The notes: generated by a model not told the origin, from the sequence alone. DNA of 63,485 nt, filler included, from an uncultured Gemmatimonadota bacterium (GCA_964576115.1; 5 parts of 5 records of this genome joined end to end with filler, not necessarily neighbours in it), one strand, 5' to 3'. Counted from the first letter of the whole stretch, positions 35,727-48,023 are shown. Program-made: numbers and translations.

Positions 35727-36362
35727 ATGACGACCATGAATCAGCTTTCACCCGACAACCTCAAGGCTGCGGAACGACAGGTCTACACCATGAAGTTCCG
35801 GGACGGCCTCCACGATCTGCAGATCGGGCTGATCCTGCTGGTCGTGTTCGGGTTCACACTCCTGCGCGAATGGTGGGAGACCTGGTGGGTTCTGCCCTCC
35901 TATACGGTCCTCAGCGGAGCGATCGTCGGAGCGTACTTCATCGCCAGGAACAGGATCACCCGGCGGCGGATCGGGACCATGAAGCCGGTTGCAGCCCGGA
36001 AGAGAAAGATCCGGACCGGCGTTATCGTTGTGGCGTTTTTCATTGCCGTCCAGGTGATCCTGATGGTCCTGCCGATGGGCGGGGTCGTGCGCCTTGATGT
36101 CGAACGGCAGGCAGCGGGAGCCATCGCGGCTCTGATCGTATTCGTTCCGGTAGCAGCAATCGCCTGGTTCCAGGATTTCGTCAGAGGCTACCTGCATGCG
36201 GTTCTGATCGGCCTCTCGACCTGGTCCCTGATCGCCACCGACATCGGCGGCCTGTTCTTCCTCTCTTCGGGACTCGTGATCCTGGCTGTGGGCAGTGTCA
36301 TCTTCATCCGGTTTCTGAAGGATCACCCCCTTCCGGAGGAGGCCGGCGATGTCCAGGCGTGA
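35727..36362 (+). CDS. Hypothetical membrane protein (about 6-7 TM)
   Basis: Multiple hydrophobic helices, AGGAG RBS, overlaps the start of the downstream regulator. Confidence 0.8.
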   Translation: MTTMNQLSPDNLKAAERQVYTMKFRDGLHDLQIGLILLVVFGFTLLREWWETWWVLPSYTVLSGAIVGAYFIARNRITRRRIGTMKPVAARKRKIRTGVIVVAFFIAVQVILMVLPMGGVVRLDVERQAAGAIAALIVFVPVAAIAWFQDFVRGYLHAVLIGLSTWSLIATDIGGLFFLSSGLVILAVGSVIFIRFLKDHPLPEEAGDVQA

Positions 36363-36681
36363 ATTCGCGGCACCGGATCCCGCGGCCGTCGAACCGGCAG
36401 CCATCGACCGCCTCATTCACGAACCGGCCCGCCTGCTCATCATGACCTGTCTGGCGGTGGTCGAGAGCGCCGATTTCCTCTTCGTACAGAGCCAGACCGG
36501 ACTGACCGGCGGAAACCTCTCCTCGCACATGAACCGGCTCGAAGAGGCGGGGTACCTGCAGGTCGAGAAGAGCTTCGAAGGCAGAAAGCCGAAAACGACG
36601 CTGAGTCTGACTGCAGCCGGCCGCAAGGCCTTCGAAACCTATCGCGAGCAGATGAACGATATGCTCCGGAAAGGCATCTGA
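36349..36681 (+). CDS. Winged-helix transcriptional regulator (ArsR/MarR-like, HTH_34)
   Basis: IDRLIHEPARLLI, LTGGNLSSHMNRLEEAGY, EKSFEGRKPKT, LTAAGRKAF. Confidence 0.92.
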   Translation: MSRREFAAPDPAAVEPAAIDRLIHEPARLLIMTCLAVVESADFLFVQSQTGLTGGNLSSHMNRLEEAGYLQVEKSFEGRKPKTTLSLTAAGRKAFETYREQMNDMLRKGI

Positions 36682-37415
36682 TGGTTCTCCCGGTTTTTCA
36701 TGAATCCGCGGCCGGAACAAGTTCGAGTGCCGCCGGTCCGGATTCGAACCGGAGAGCTTCCGCCGACCTCTCTGACAGCGAAGCCGTCTCACGCTGCCGG
36801 GCCGGTGAGAGTGCGGTCTACGAGATCCTTGTCCGGCGCTATGAAAATCGGGTCTTCGGTCTGCTCTACGCTTTGACCTCCGATCCCGAGCTGGCCCGTG
36901 ATCTCACCCAGGACACCTTCATCCGGGCCTGGCGCAAACTGGATCTCTACGATCCCGCGCGGTCCTTCCTGAACTGGCTTTACGCCATCGCCCGTAATCT
37001 GAGTCGCGATCATCACCGGCGATGTTCTGCGGTCTGTGTGCCGCTCGGTGAGTCCGAAGAGGAAATCTCGCTGCCCGATCCCGGACCGCTCCCCGATGCC
37101 AATCTTGCAACCGCCGATATGCGTTTTCTGATCCGCACGGCCCTGGAGCAACTGTCGCTTACGGAGAAGGAGATCCTCGTCCTGAAGGACATCCAGGAGC
37201 GCAGCTATGAAGAGATCGCACAGATCCTGGCACTGCCTCGGGGCACGGTGGCCAGCCGGGTTCACCATGCCCGGCGGGCCCTGGCCCGGCGGCTCGAACA
37301 GATCAGCCTGCGTGACGGCCTCGCTCCGGACGAACTCTTCGAGGCCTCCGCCGCCACCCGGCCGAACGTTGCGACTGCAGCACAATCGTTTCCCCCTCTG
37401 GCCGCGACTGGTTAA
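36681..37415 (+). CDS. ECF sigma factor (RpoE/SigW-like)
   Basis: Region 2 ARDLTQDTFIRAW..FLNWLYAIARN; region 4 SYEEIAQILALPRGTVASRVHHAR. Confidence 0.92.
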   Translation: MVLPVFHESAAGTSSSAAGPDSNRRASADLSDSEAVSRCRAGESAVYEILVRRYENRVFGLLYALTSDPELARDLTQDTFIRAWRKLDLYDPARSFLNWLYAIARNLSRDHHRRCSAVCVPLGESEEEISLPDPGPLPDANLATADMRFLIRTALEQLSLTEKEILVLKDIQERSYEEIAQILALPRGTVASRVHHARRALARRLEQISLRDGLAPDELFEASAATRPNVATAAQSFPPLAATG

Positions 37416-37526
37416 GATCACTCCCGGAATACCGCTGCTCTCCACCCGTGCGGGCAGGTGCTGCAGTTTTGCCTCCTGCTCGCCGGAGAGCGTTCAGATC
37501 GTTCGCTCGACACCCCGAGGCAGGTC

Positions 37527-39764
<2,238 letters not shown>

Positions 39765-39803
39765 GCCGCCGTTGCTGAATATGTTCTCTCGACTTCTCCG
39801 GGA

Positions 39804-40703
39804 TCACCGGGAGTTCTGTGAAATCTCAAAATCGAGCTTACTGTTAATACAGAGAAGATCTGTTTCACTGACTTTGAATCCATCGGCCAACTGGAGTGTA
39901 AAAACATCGATATTAAAAAGGTCTTCGGTCAGGCAGCAATCATAGCGATATTTTCCAGCAGAATTCCTGAAACCGAAGATGTCACTGAATCCAACATTTC
40001 TGAGATACTCTTCATGATCAGGAGGACCGAAGATGATGTATTTGCTGTCATAGATTTCAAACCCATTGTCGCACAGGAACATAGCCGCTTCCTTGCGCAA
40101 TGGTGCGTACTCAATGTAAGCAATCTCGACATCTTGCAGTCTATTGCCAAGTCCGCGCAGAACATACTCTTCGTATCCCTGGACATCGATCTTCAGGAGT
40201 GTGATTCTCCCTTGTGGGAGTATGGAATCGAGCCTCACCTGAGGTACTTTTATTGTCGAAACGCTATATTCCCTGCGTCTGAGGAGCACTTTTCTGATTT
40301 GTATCATCAGCCGCCGCAGAACGTGAGGATCTGGAACATGAGCAGTTCCAATGTAGTCAGCTCTGACACCATCTCTGTCTCTTCTTCCCTCAATAGGTTT
40401 GATATTTGGAACTCGAAGCTTGACGATCTTGTTTTTATGCCCGCAGGCATAAGGGAAAAAGTTGATTTTCGCCGTTACATTTTCTTGCAGCAAATCAATG
40501 TTATGCGGCAGGGGTTCGAAGGCAAATATCCTGGCCGGGTCGACTACTTTGAGATACTGTACTATTTGCCCGCCGTAACCGGCTCCTACGTCTACGACAA
40601 GACCCTGACCGCTCAGCAGACTCAGTGCTTCTATGTCGCTTGTCACCTTTTCCTGCAAGTCATGCTTGAATCGCATACGTCTCTTTCCCGATCTTCGAAG
40701 CAT
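39804..40703 (-). CDS. FkbM-family SAM-dependent methyltransferase (low GC)
   Basis: VDVGAGYG, FAFEPLP, RLDS, LLKIDVQGYEEYVLRG; start 40703 or 40676. Confidence 0.88.
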   Translation of the reverse strand: MLRRSGKRRMRFKHDLQEKVTSDIEALSLLSGQGLVVDVGAGYGGQIVQYLKVVDPARIFAFEPLPHNIDLLQENVTAKINFFPYACGHKNKIVKLRVPNIKPIEGRRDRDGVRADYIGTAHVPDPHVLRRLMIQIRKVLLRRREYSVSTIKVPQVRLDSILPQGRITLLKIDVQGYEEYVLRGLGNRLQDVEIAYIEYAPLRKEAAMFLCDNGFEIYDSKYIIFGPPDHEEYLRNVGFSDIFGFRNSAGKYRYDCCLTEDLFNIDVFTLQLADGFKVSETDLLCINSKLDFEISQNSR

Positions 40704-40982
40704 TGAGATTGTTGTGAGAAGTATCTCGCCGGGTAATTCGTGACTCTTACTGTAGCATCATCCTTGAGTGCTTCGAAGTGTGTTTGTCCTCGTCCGGATT
40801 GCACGGATCCATGTCGATTCATGGCATGCCGCCCACCAGGGGCTGGCCCTGGGGTCGATCCCTCAGGATGTCCGGTATCCGACTCTGTTGCTGAGTGCCG
40901 GGGCGATGGCTATAGTCACGACCAGAAGGCCAGATATGTTTTCACCATGGACTGAGCCTCCGCCATATAGGAGCCGGATGCC

Positions 40983-42335
40983 GTGAAAACGAACTCCTTC
41001 CTCTTGCGCAGTACCATCGTGGCGGCTCTGGGGGGCCTGCTGTTCGGTTTCGATACGGCCGTCATCTCCGGCACCACCGATGCCCTGACCCGGGTCTTCG
41101 AACTTTCCAGCCAGTCGCTGGGCTTTACCGTCGCCAGTGCCTTGATCGGGACCATCGTCGGGGCGATCGGGGTGGGGCGGCCGGCTGACGCTCTGGGTCG
41201 GCGCCGGACACTGATGGTGCTGGCCCTGCTCTTCTTCGTCTCCGCCGTGGGCAGCGCCCTGGCCTGGGACTGGTACTCCTTCCTCGTCTTCCGCTTCCTG
41301 GGCGGGCTGGCGGTGGGGGGAGCCTCGGTGACCTCGCCGATGTACATCGCCGAGATCTCCCCGGCCGACCTGCGGGGACGGCTGGTGGCGATCACCCAGT
41401 TCAATATCGTGCTCGGTATCCTGGTAGCCTTCTTCTCCAATTACCTCATTGCCGGCCTGGCGACGGGCTCATCCACCTGGCGCTGGATGTTCGGGGTCGA
41501 GGCGTTGCCGGCGGCGCTCTTCTTCGTTCTGCTCTTCGCCAATCCCCTCAGCCCGCGGTGGCTCCTCAGCCGCCAGCGGACAGAAGAAGCCCGGGCCCTG
41601 CTCCTCAAACTGGGCACGGGTGCCGCCGAGGTGGACGCCGAGGTTGCGGCCATCAAGGAATCTCTCGACCTGGAACACCACACTCTCAAGGAACCCTTCT
41701 TCACCCGCGCCTACCTCAAGCCGATCATGCTGGCGGTTGCCATCGCGGTCTTCAACCAGCTCTCCGGCATCAACGCCCTGATGTACTATGCGCCCCACAT
41801 CTTCCGGATGGCGGGGGCTCAGGAGGGGTCCGCCCTGCTGCAGACGGTGGCCGTGGGGGGGACCAACCTGGTCTTCACCATGCTCGCCCTGGCCGTCATC
41901 GACCACTTCGGCCGGCGGCGCCTCATGCTCTTCGGTTCGGTGGGGTACATCGTGAGCCTGGCCACGGTGGCGGCCGCCTTCTATACCTTCGGGACCGACT
42001 TCACCGCCGCCGGCAGCACGATCGTCCTGCTCGGCCTGCTGCTCTTCATCGCCTCGCACGCCTTCGGCCAGGGGGCCGTGATCTGGGTCTTCATCAGCGA
42101 GATCTTCCCCAACCGGGTGCGCGCCCGCGGCCAGGCGCTGGGGTCGTTCACCCACTGGGTCATGTGCGCGGCCGTCTCCTGGACCTTCCCCGTGATCGCC
42201 GAGGTCTCAGGCGGTCACGCCTTCGCCTTCTTCGCGGCCATGATGATCCTGCAGCTCGTATGGGTCATCCTGGTCATGCCCGAGACCAGGGGAATTCCCC
42301 TCGAGGAGATTCAGAAGCGGTTAGGAATCGAGTAA
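40983..42335 (+). CDS. Sugar porter family MFS transporter
   Basis: GGLLFGFDTAVISG, DALGRR, YIAEISP, QLSGINALMYY, SEIFP, PETRG. Confidence 0.95.
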   Translation: MKTNSFLLRSTIVAALGGLLFGFDTAVISGTTDALTRVFELSSQSLGFTVASALIGTIVGAIGVGRPADALGRRRTLMVLALLFFVSAVGSALAWDWYSFLVFRFLGGLAVGGASVTSPMYIAEISPADLRGRLVAITQFNIVLGILVAFFSNYLIAGLATGSSTWRWMFGVEALPAALFFVLLFANPLSPRWLLSRQRTEEARALLLKLGTGAAEVDAEVAAIKESLDLEHHTLKEPFFTRAYLKPIMLAVAIAVFNQLSGINALMYYAPHIFRMAGAQEGSALLQTVAVGGTNLVFTMLALAVIDHFGRRRLMLFGSVGYIVSLATVAAAFYTFGTDFTAAGSTIVLLGLLLFIASHAFGQGAVIWVFISEIFPNRVRARGQALGSFTHWVMCAAVSWTFPVIAEVSGGHAFAFFAAMMILQLVWVILVMPETRGIPLEEIQKRLGIE

Positions 42336-42439
42336 CATATGGTTTGCCGTTCGAAAGACCCGAGGTCTTGGAGTCGGGATTCGGGAAGCTCCTCTCCGTT
42401 CGATATGACATGTTCAAGCCTGAACACAAGCAATCTACG

Positions 42440-43696
42440 ATGCGCCGGATAACCGTTCCACTTTTGCACCTCGTTCTCATCACCGCCTGCTCCTCCCGTT
42501 CAGAAGATGCGGTCCACGCCTTCCGGACTTTCGTCGAAGATGGCGTGAGCGTATGCGAAACGACCGGTGGACTGCGCTTTGCCGGGAATCTCTTCGGACT
42601 GGAGAAAGTACTGGAGATCAGACCGGAACCGGGGAATGAGGCTGCCCTTCTCAACGGACCGTCATCGTTCCTGCGCGGTCCCGACGGATGTTTCTATGTG
42701 GCTGATGACGGAAACCACCGGATCGCCGTTTTCGGCCCGGATGGTGAATACCTCCGATCGATAGGTCGGCAGGGGAGCGGCCCGGCGGAGTTCAGGAATA
42801 TCTCCTACATGAGTCTGGAGGGCGACATCCTGACGGTATTCGACCGCATGCAGAGAAGGCTGACACGGTTCAGACTCGACGGTTCGGTCGAGCGTATCCA
42901 TTCCCTGCGTATGGGCAGCAGTTTCCGGAGAGATTATTCAGCCTTGGTTGCGAGGGTTTATTGCGCCGGTGAAGAGACACTCATCGAGCAGAGGGAGTGT
43001 CGTGATTTCAGCACCGACAGAAGCACTCAATCCGCAGTCGTGGTTGTGATGAAGGCTGATACGGGAGACACGCTTGCAGTCATCCAGACCGAATCGGTTG
43101 ATAACGGTATTGTTGAGAGAGAAGATACGCAGACCACGTCATCGGTGACCATACGGCAAATTCCATACGCGGCCATACCTTGCGCGCTGTATGACCCGCG
43201 GGTCGGCATCCTCACCACCGATGGTGCTACACCGGTGATAAACCGATACACCCTTTCCGGTGATCTCATCCGGCAGATCCGCGTCTCTATCCCGCTCCAG
43301 CCGGTTGATCAGTCCCTGAAACAGAGGTATCTGGACCGGCAGGAGAGAATGCATGCTGAGTATGAGGAACGGACCGGGAGGACGTGGTCTGATGATACCC
43401 GGTGGACCTACCCCGATGTCATCGGTTTCAGTAACAGCATGCAGATGGATGATGTCGGGTACATCTGGCTCTCGGAGATAGTCTCTTCCACCCTTCATGA
43501 AGATGACGACGCATTCCTCGATCATGTCATCGATCCGGACGGACGCTATCTCGGCACGGTCGAGGTCCCGACCCGTAACTTTCTCGTCAGGGGCGGCGAG
43601 CTGTTCGCCATCCTGACTGATCCGGACACGGGAGAAGGCATTCCGACCGTGTTCAAGATCGATCCCGATGTGGAAGGTCTGGCATATCCGGAATGA
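42440..43696 (+). CDS. 6-bladed beta-propeller (NHL-like) lipoprotein
   Basis: Lipobox ITAC, YVADDGNHRIAVFGPDGEYLRSIGRQGSGPAEF, DPDGRYLG. Confidence 0.82.
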   Translation: MRRITVPLLHLVLITACSSRSEDAVHAFRTFVEDGVSVCETTGGLRFAGNLFGLEKVLEIRPEPGNEAALLNGPSSFLRGPDGCFYVADDGNHRIAVFGPDGEYLRSIGRQGSGPAEFRNISYMSLEGDILTVFDRMQRRLTRFRLDGSVERIHSLRMGSSFRRDYSALVARVYCAGEETLIEQRECRDFSTDRSTQSAVVVVMKADTGDTLAVIQTESVDNGIVEREDTQTTSSVTIRQIPYAAIPCALYDPRVGILTTDGATPVINRYTLSGDLIRQIRVSIPLQPVDQSLKQRYLDRQERMHAEYEERTGRTWSDDTRWTYPDVIGFSNSMQMDDVGYIWLSEIVSSTLHEDDDAFLDHVIDPDGRYLGTVEVPTRNFLVRGGELFAILTDPDTGEGIPTVFKIDPDVEGLAYPE

Positions 43697-43825
43697 TCCG
43701 ATGTTCTTGTTTTCGCTTTGGAATCGATATGCCTGACGTCCTGCGCGTCAGCCGTGCCGCGATTTTGCCGAAATCGGCTTCAACTCAAGATACCACACAA
43801 AACCTGGTTTTCGCCCCGATACCAT

Positions 43826-43925
43826 NNNNNNNNNNNNNNNNNNNNNNNNNNNNNNNNNNNNNNNNNNNNTTAATTAATTAANNNNNNNNNNNNNNNNNNN
43901 NNNNNNNNNNNNNNNNNNNNNNNNN
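43826..43925. other. Artificial contig linker
   Basis: N-run, TTAATTAATTAA, N-run. Confidence 0.98.
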
Positions 43926-43963
43926 GAGACGCTCCCCGGGGAGGTCTTGCGCCCCTTTATATG

Positions 43964-43980
43964 CGCAAGCCCCGTGCCAG
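43964..43980 (-). promoter_or_regulatory. Sigma-54 (-24/-12) promoter
   Basis: Minus strand CTGGCACGGGGCTTGCG matches TGGCACG-N4-TTGC; GGGGAG RBS-like sequence at the contig end downstream. Confidence 0.75.
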
Positions 43981-44166
43981 TGGGGCGTTACGGTCAAATC
44001 GGAACTCTGATTTCCTGTATCAGCCGGGACCGGGCGAATATGTCCTTCCGTACCTGCGAACCGCCGTGTGGACGGGTTTTCCCGGTCTCAGATATACGTC
44101 GGAAATCCTTCTCACCGGGCCATGTGCAACCGCATCCCCGACGTCGACCTACTCCGCCCGGGCGTA

Positions 44167-44185
44167 TCGGAAATCCATTTTCCGA
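44167..44185. promoter_or_regulatory. Perfect palindrome, candidate enhancer-binding-protein site
   Basis: TCGGAAA-TCCAT-TTTCCGA; related copies at 44000, 44099, 44261 and 44282. Confidence 0.5.
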
Positions 44186-44322
44186 AAAAGGGCCGCAGGC
44201 AGGAAAAGTCGGTTCGATATTCCGAATGAGAGCCCCGTTTGCGGTCCGGGCCCCCGGATGCGGAAAGAGCTTTCCCCCGCAGGGGAAAAATTTTTCCGCC
44301 CCGGCTGGCGGGTCGAGTCGGC

Positions 44323-45117
44323 TCAGAGCGAAAGACGCTGTACGACCGGGTGCAGCAGAACCACCCAGAGAGCTGCGGCTGCGAAGGCTGTCATCGTCCC
44401 GAGGACAAGCCCGAGAGCGGGATAAGTCAGAGCCACGAAGGCCGTATAGACCAGAATGTTGGTCGAGGCGAGAACCATTACCTTGCCGGTGGCACGAGCG
44501 AAATCGGCCCCCTGAACCATGGTGAGAATGCACATCGAAGAAAGCATGACGGCCGGGAAGGTCGAGAAGATACCGGTCCACCATTCCCCCACGTAGCCCG
44601 AGAGCAAAACCGTCGCACCCACCACGCTGCCCGCGAAGAGCACACGAATCAACAGCGCTCCCGAAGAATAGCGCCTGATGTTCCGCTCCCGGGCCGGAAT
44701 GTGCAGGACGAACTCGAGTCCGGACCAGGTCAGCAGCATCACGACAAGGTAGAGTCCGATCCCGACTCCGAAGGTGATCCCCTGAATCGCCGCGGCCGTC
44801 AGAGCCAGAACGAACCAGGTCAACAATGACAGAGGCAGGGCGATTGTCAGCCCCCGCCTGACAGTCAGGATGAAAACGGTCAGGAAGAGAGTGTCGATCG
44901 TCATACCGACCGGCACGGCCCTGGTGGCCCGGGCGGCAAAACCGGCATCGTGCACCAACCCCACGAAGAGGAGCGCAATCAGGATGGTGGAGGGGAGATT
45001 GGTGACCAGACCGCCGATCCGGCTGCCGAGGCGTTCAGCCAGCAGAGTCGCTCCCCCGATCCAGAATCCGGCGATGAGAAAAGAGAGAAGGACCTTAAGC
45101 CCGAAAAGCTGATCCAC
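44323..45117 (-). CDS. Hypothetical membrane protein (DUF3147-like, internal duplication)
   Basis: LAERLGSRIGGLVTNLP and WTGIFSTFP paired motifs; about 8 TM. Confidence 0.75.
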   Translation of the reverse strand: MDQLFGLKVLLSFLIAGFWIGGATLLAERLGSRIGGLVTNLPSTILIALLFVGLVHDAGFAARATRAVPVGMTIDTLFLTVFILTVRRGLTIALPLSLLTWFVLALTAAAIQGITFGVGIGLYLVVMLLTWSGLEFVLHIPARERNIRRYSSGALLIRVLFAGSVVGATVLLSGYVGEWWTGIFSTFPAVMLSSMCILTMVQGADFARATGKVMVLASTNILVYTAFVALTYPALGLVLGTMTAFAAAALWVVLLHPVVQRLSL

Positions 45118-45282
45118 GCAGTGCCTTTCGCTCGAGTCCCGCGCCGGGTAACAGGACGGTATCTGCTTCGTACCGGGCCGGATCCCAATATAAGGTAGAA
45201 AAGGTCATCCCCCGGCATGACTTTATACACTGCATCATCCCGGAGAGATGCTGAAATCGGAACAGGATCGAAAACTGTCACC

Positions 45283-47538
45283 ATGAGTACTACGTCCGAG
45301 ACAACCGCCGCATCCGGAGAACGGCACGGGCACGGCTTCGGCACCGCACCCGTTTTCCTGGCCAGTATCAGCACCATCCTCGGCGCCATTCTCTTTCTGC
45401 GTTTCGGCTACGCGGTCGGCAACGTGGGTGTCTTCGGCACCTTCGCCATCATCGTCATCGGTCATCTGGTGACGATTCCGACCGCGCTGGCGATCGCCGA
45501 GATCGCCACCAACCGGCGGGTCGAGGGGGGCGGCGAGTACTACATCATTTCCCGCTCCTTCGGCACCACCATCGGCGCCTCGATCGGGGTTTCGCTCTAC
45601 CTCTCACAGGCAATCAGCGTGGCCTTTTACATGATCGCCTTCGCCGAAGCCTTCCGCCCGCTGGCACCGGTGCTGGAGTCGATCCTGGGGATCGGTTTCG
45701 ATCCCCGTCTCGTCAGCCTGCCGGCCGTCACAGTCCTGGCGCTCATCGTGATCGTCCGGGGCGCCGGTCTGGGGGTGAATATCCTGGCAATTGTGGCCGT
45801 CACCCTCGGGATTTCGCTGGGCGCCTTTTTTCTTGGCGGACCGGTTGAAGGAACGACCGGGGCCGGCCTGCAACCTTTCGGCACGATCGCGAGCCCCGAC
45901 CCCTTCATTCTCGTCTTCGCCATCATCTTCCCGGCTTTCACCGGCATGACGGCCGGGGTGGGTCTTTCGGGCGATCTGGCCGATCCCCGCCGCTCGATTC
46001 CGCGCGGGGTCATCTGGGCCACGGCGGTAGGATTGGTGGTCTATTTCGCGGCGGTCCTGAAGCTGGCCTATTCCGCTCCACCGGCGTTGCTGGCATCCGA
46101 TCAGCTGATCATGGCCAGAATCGCTCTGTGGGGACCGATCATCCCGATCGGATTGGCTGCCGCCACGCTTTCCTCCGCGATCGGATCGATCCTGGTGGCA
46201 CCGCGCACCCTTCAGGCCCTGGCCGGCGACGGTATTGCGCCGGCGAGGAGCGTAAACCGGGTTCTGGCCAGCGGGGTCGGCGAAGCCAACGATCCGCGCG
46301 CAGCCACCATCGTCACCGCCGTCATCGCCGTGGTAACGGTCGCTCTGGGCTCGGTTGATTTCGTGGCCCGGATCATCTCGATGTTCTTCATGGTGACGTA
46401 CGGATCGCTCTGCCTGATCAGTTTTCTCGAGCATTTTGCCGCCCGCCCCAGTTATCGGCCGGCTTTTCGAAGCCGCTGGTATCTGAGCCTGCTCGGGGCG
46501 GTGATGGCTTTCATGCTGATGTTCCAGATGGATCCACTCTACGCTCTGCTGGCGATCGCGATCATGGTCGGCATCAATCGGGGGATCAACGCCAGCCGTC
46601 CCGAGGAGCGGGACGACCTCTCGGCCATCTTTCACGGCGTGATGACCCAGCTGACACGAAACATTCAGGTGCGGCTGCAGAAGGTCAAACTGTGGCAACA
46701 GAACGAGGACTGGCGGCCGAGTCTGATCATGGTCAACGGGCGCAGCTTCACCCATACCGCACCGCTGCAGCTCTTCATGTGGTTCTGTCACCGCTTCGGA
46801 TACGGCACCTACCTGCACTTCATCAAGGGCACTCTCAATCCGGTCACCTATCGTGAAAGCCGCTCCGTACTGACCCAGCTCATCCGCCTGCGCGAAGCCC
46901 GTCACAGCGCTATCTACGTGGATACCATGATCAGTCCCTCGATGCGCTCGGCCCTGGCCCAGAGCCTGCAGGTGCCGGGGATCTCGGGGATGGAGAACAA
47001 CACCAGCCTGTTCGAGTTCTCGGCTCACGACCCCCCCGACATCCTGGAGGAGGTCCGGGACGGGTGCGATCTGGCCTACGCCGCCAACATCAACCGTCTG
47101 GTCCTGCGGCACGGCGACCAGTTTTTCGGCGAGCGGCAGACGATCCACATCTGGCTCACCTGGCACGACTACACCAATGCCAGCCTGATGATCCTGCTGG
47201 CCTACATCCTGCTCGCCCACCCCGACTGGAAGGGGGCCGAGATCACCGTCTACGCCGCATTCCCGCACGAGGAGGTCGCCGAACAGTCGCAGAAACTCAA
47301 AGCTCTGGTCACCGAAGGCCGGATCCCGATCAGCAGCCAGAACATCAGCATCGTGCCGACCGATCCGACCACCGATTTCAGCCAGGTGGTCCAGCACGTT
47401 TCGGCCTCGGCCGACCTGGTTCTGCTCGGCTTCACTCAGGAACGGCTGCAGGACAAAGGTACCGATATCCTGCTCCGCCACCCCGAACTCGGCGAGGTGC
47501 TCTGGGTCTCGGCGGCCCAGCGCATCTCGATCGAATGA
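45283..47538 (+). CDS. SLC12/cation-chloride cotransporter-like APC transporter
   Basis: GAILFLRFG, GGGEYYIISRSFG, FPAFTGMTAGVGLSGDL, SMFFMVTY, YRPAFR, cytoplasmic C-domain starting near WRP. Confidence 0.85.
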   Translation: MSTTSETTAASGERHGHGFGTAPVFLASISTILGAILFLRFGYAVGNVGVFGTFAIIVIGHLVTIPTALAIAEIATNRRVEGGGEYYIISRSFGTTIGASIGVSLYLSQAISVAFYMIAFAEAFRPLAPVLESILGIGFDPRLVSLPAVTVLALIVIVRGAGLGVNILAIVAVTLGISLGAFFLGGPVEGTTGAGLQPFGTIASPDPFILVFAIIFPAFTGMTAGVGLSGDLADPRRSIPRGVIWATAVGLVVYFAAVLKLAYSAPPALLASDQLIMARIALWGPIIPIGLAAATLSSAIGSILVAPRTLQALAGDGIAPARSVNRVLASGVGEANDPRAATIVTAVIAVVTVALGSVDFVARIISMFFMVTYGSLCLISFLEHFAARPSYRPAFRSRWYLSLLGAVMAFMLMFQMDPLYALLAIAIMVGINRGINASRPEERDDLSAIFHGVMTQLTRNIQVRLQKVKLWQQNEDWRPSLIMVNGRSFTHTAPLQLFMWFCHRFGYGTYLHFIKGTLNPVTYRESRSVLTQLIRLREARHSAIYVDTMISPSMRSALAQSLQVPGISGMENNTSLFEFSAHDPPDILEEVRDGCDLAYAANINRLVLRHGDQFFGERQTIHIWLTWHDYTNASLMILLAYILLAHPDWKGAEITVYAAFPHEEVAEQSQKLKALVTEGRIPISSQNISIVPTDPTTDFSQVVQHVSASADLVLLGFTQERLQDKGTDILLRHPELGEVLWVSAAQRISIE

Positions 47539-47552
47539 CGAGGAAAGGCACC

Positions 47553-48023
47553 ATGTCCGATGAGCTGTTCGACGAACTCGACCACCTGATCGAGACCGAA
47601 CCGCTGGGTGTCCTGGCCACCCAGCACGCCGACGGGCCGCATGCGAGTCTGATCGCGGTCACCCCCGGGCCCGATCGCACCAGCCTGTACTTCGTGACCG
47701 AACGCGACACACGGAAATACGCCTATCTGACCGCCTCGGGCCGCATCGCCCTGTTAATCGACTCCCGGTCCCGTTCGGGCACCGATATCGCCAGCGGGCG
47801 GGCGGTCACGATCTACGGCCGGGCCGAGGAGGCCACGACCGATGACGTGGGAACAATCCAGGAACGGCACCTGGCCCGGCACCCCTACCTGGCACCGTTT
47901 CTTTCATCGGGGACCAGTGCCTTCATCCGGATCGAGGTTGAATCGTATTCCCTCGTGCTCGGTTTTTCCGAGGTCTGGGACCTGAACCCGCAAAGCGGTA
48001 CCTGGACCAACCGCAACAGCTGA
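47553..48023 (+). CDS. Pyridoxamine 5'-phosphate oxidase-like FMN-binding split-barrel protein
   Basis: GVLAT...GPHASLI, TERDTRKY, IALLID, VTIYGRAE; GAAAGG RBS. Confidence 0.85.
   Translation: MSDELFDELDHLIETEPLGVLATQHADGPHASLIAVTPGPDRTSLYFVTERDTRKYAYLTASGRIALLIDSRSRSGTDIASGRAVTIYGRAEEATTDDVGTIQERHLARHPYLAPFLSSGTSAFIRIEVESYSLVLGFSEVWDLNPQSGTWTNRNS

Noticed and set aside
40740..40982. Possible structured leader before the sugar transporter
   Set aside because: Only short scattered stems and no recognisable aptamer.
41558..42439. 712-aa ORF suggesting a fusion with the propeller protein
   Set aside because: The first part overlaps the sugar porter in another frame; the real gene starts near 42440 with a lipoprotein signal.
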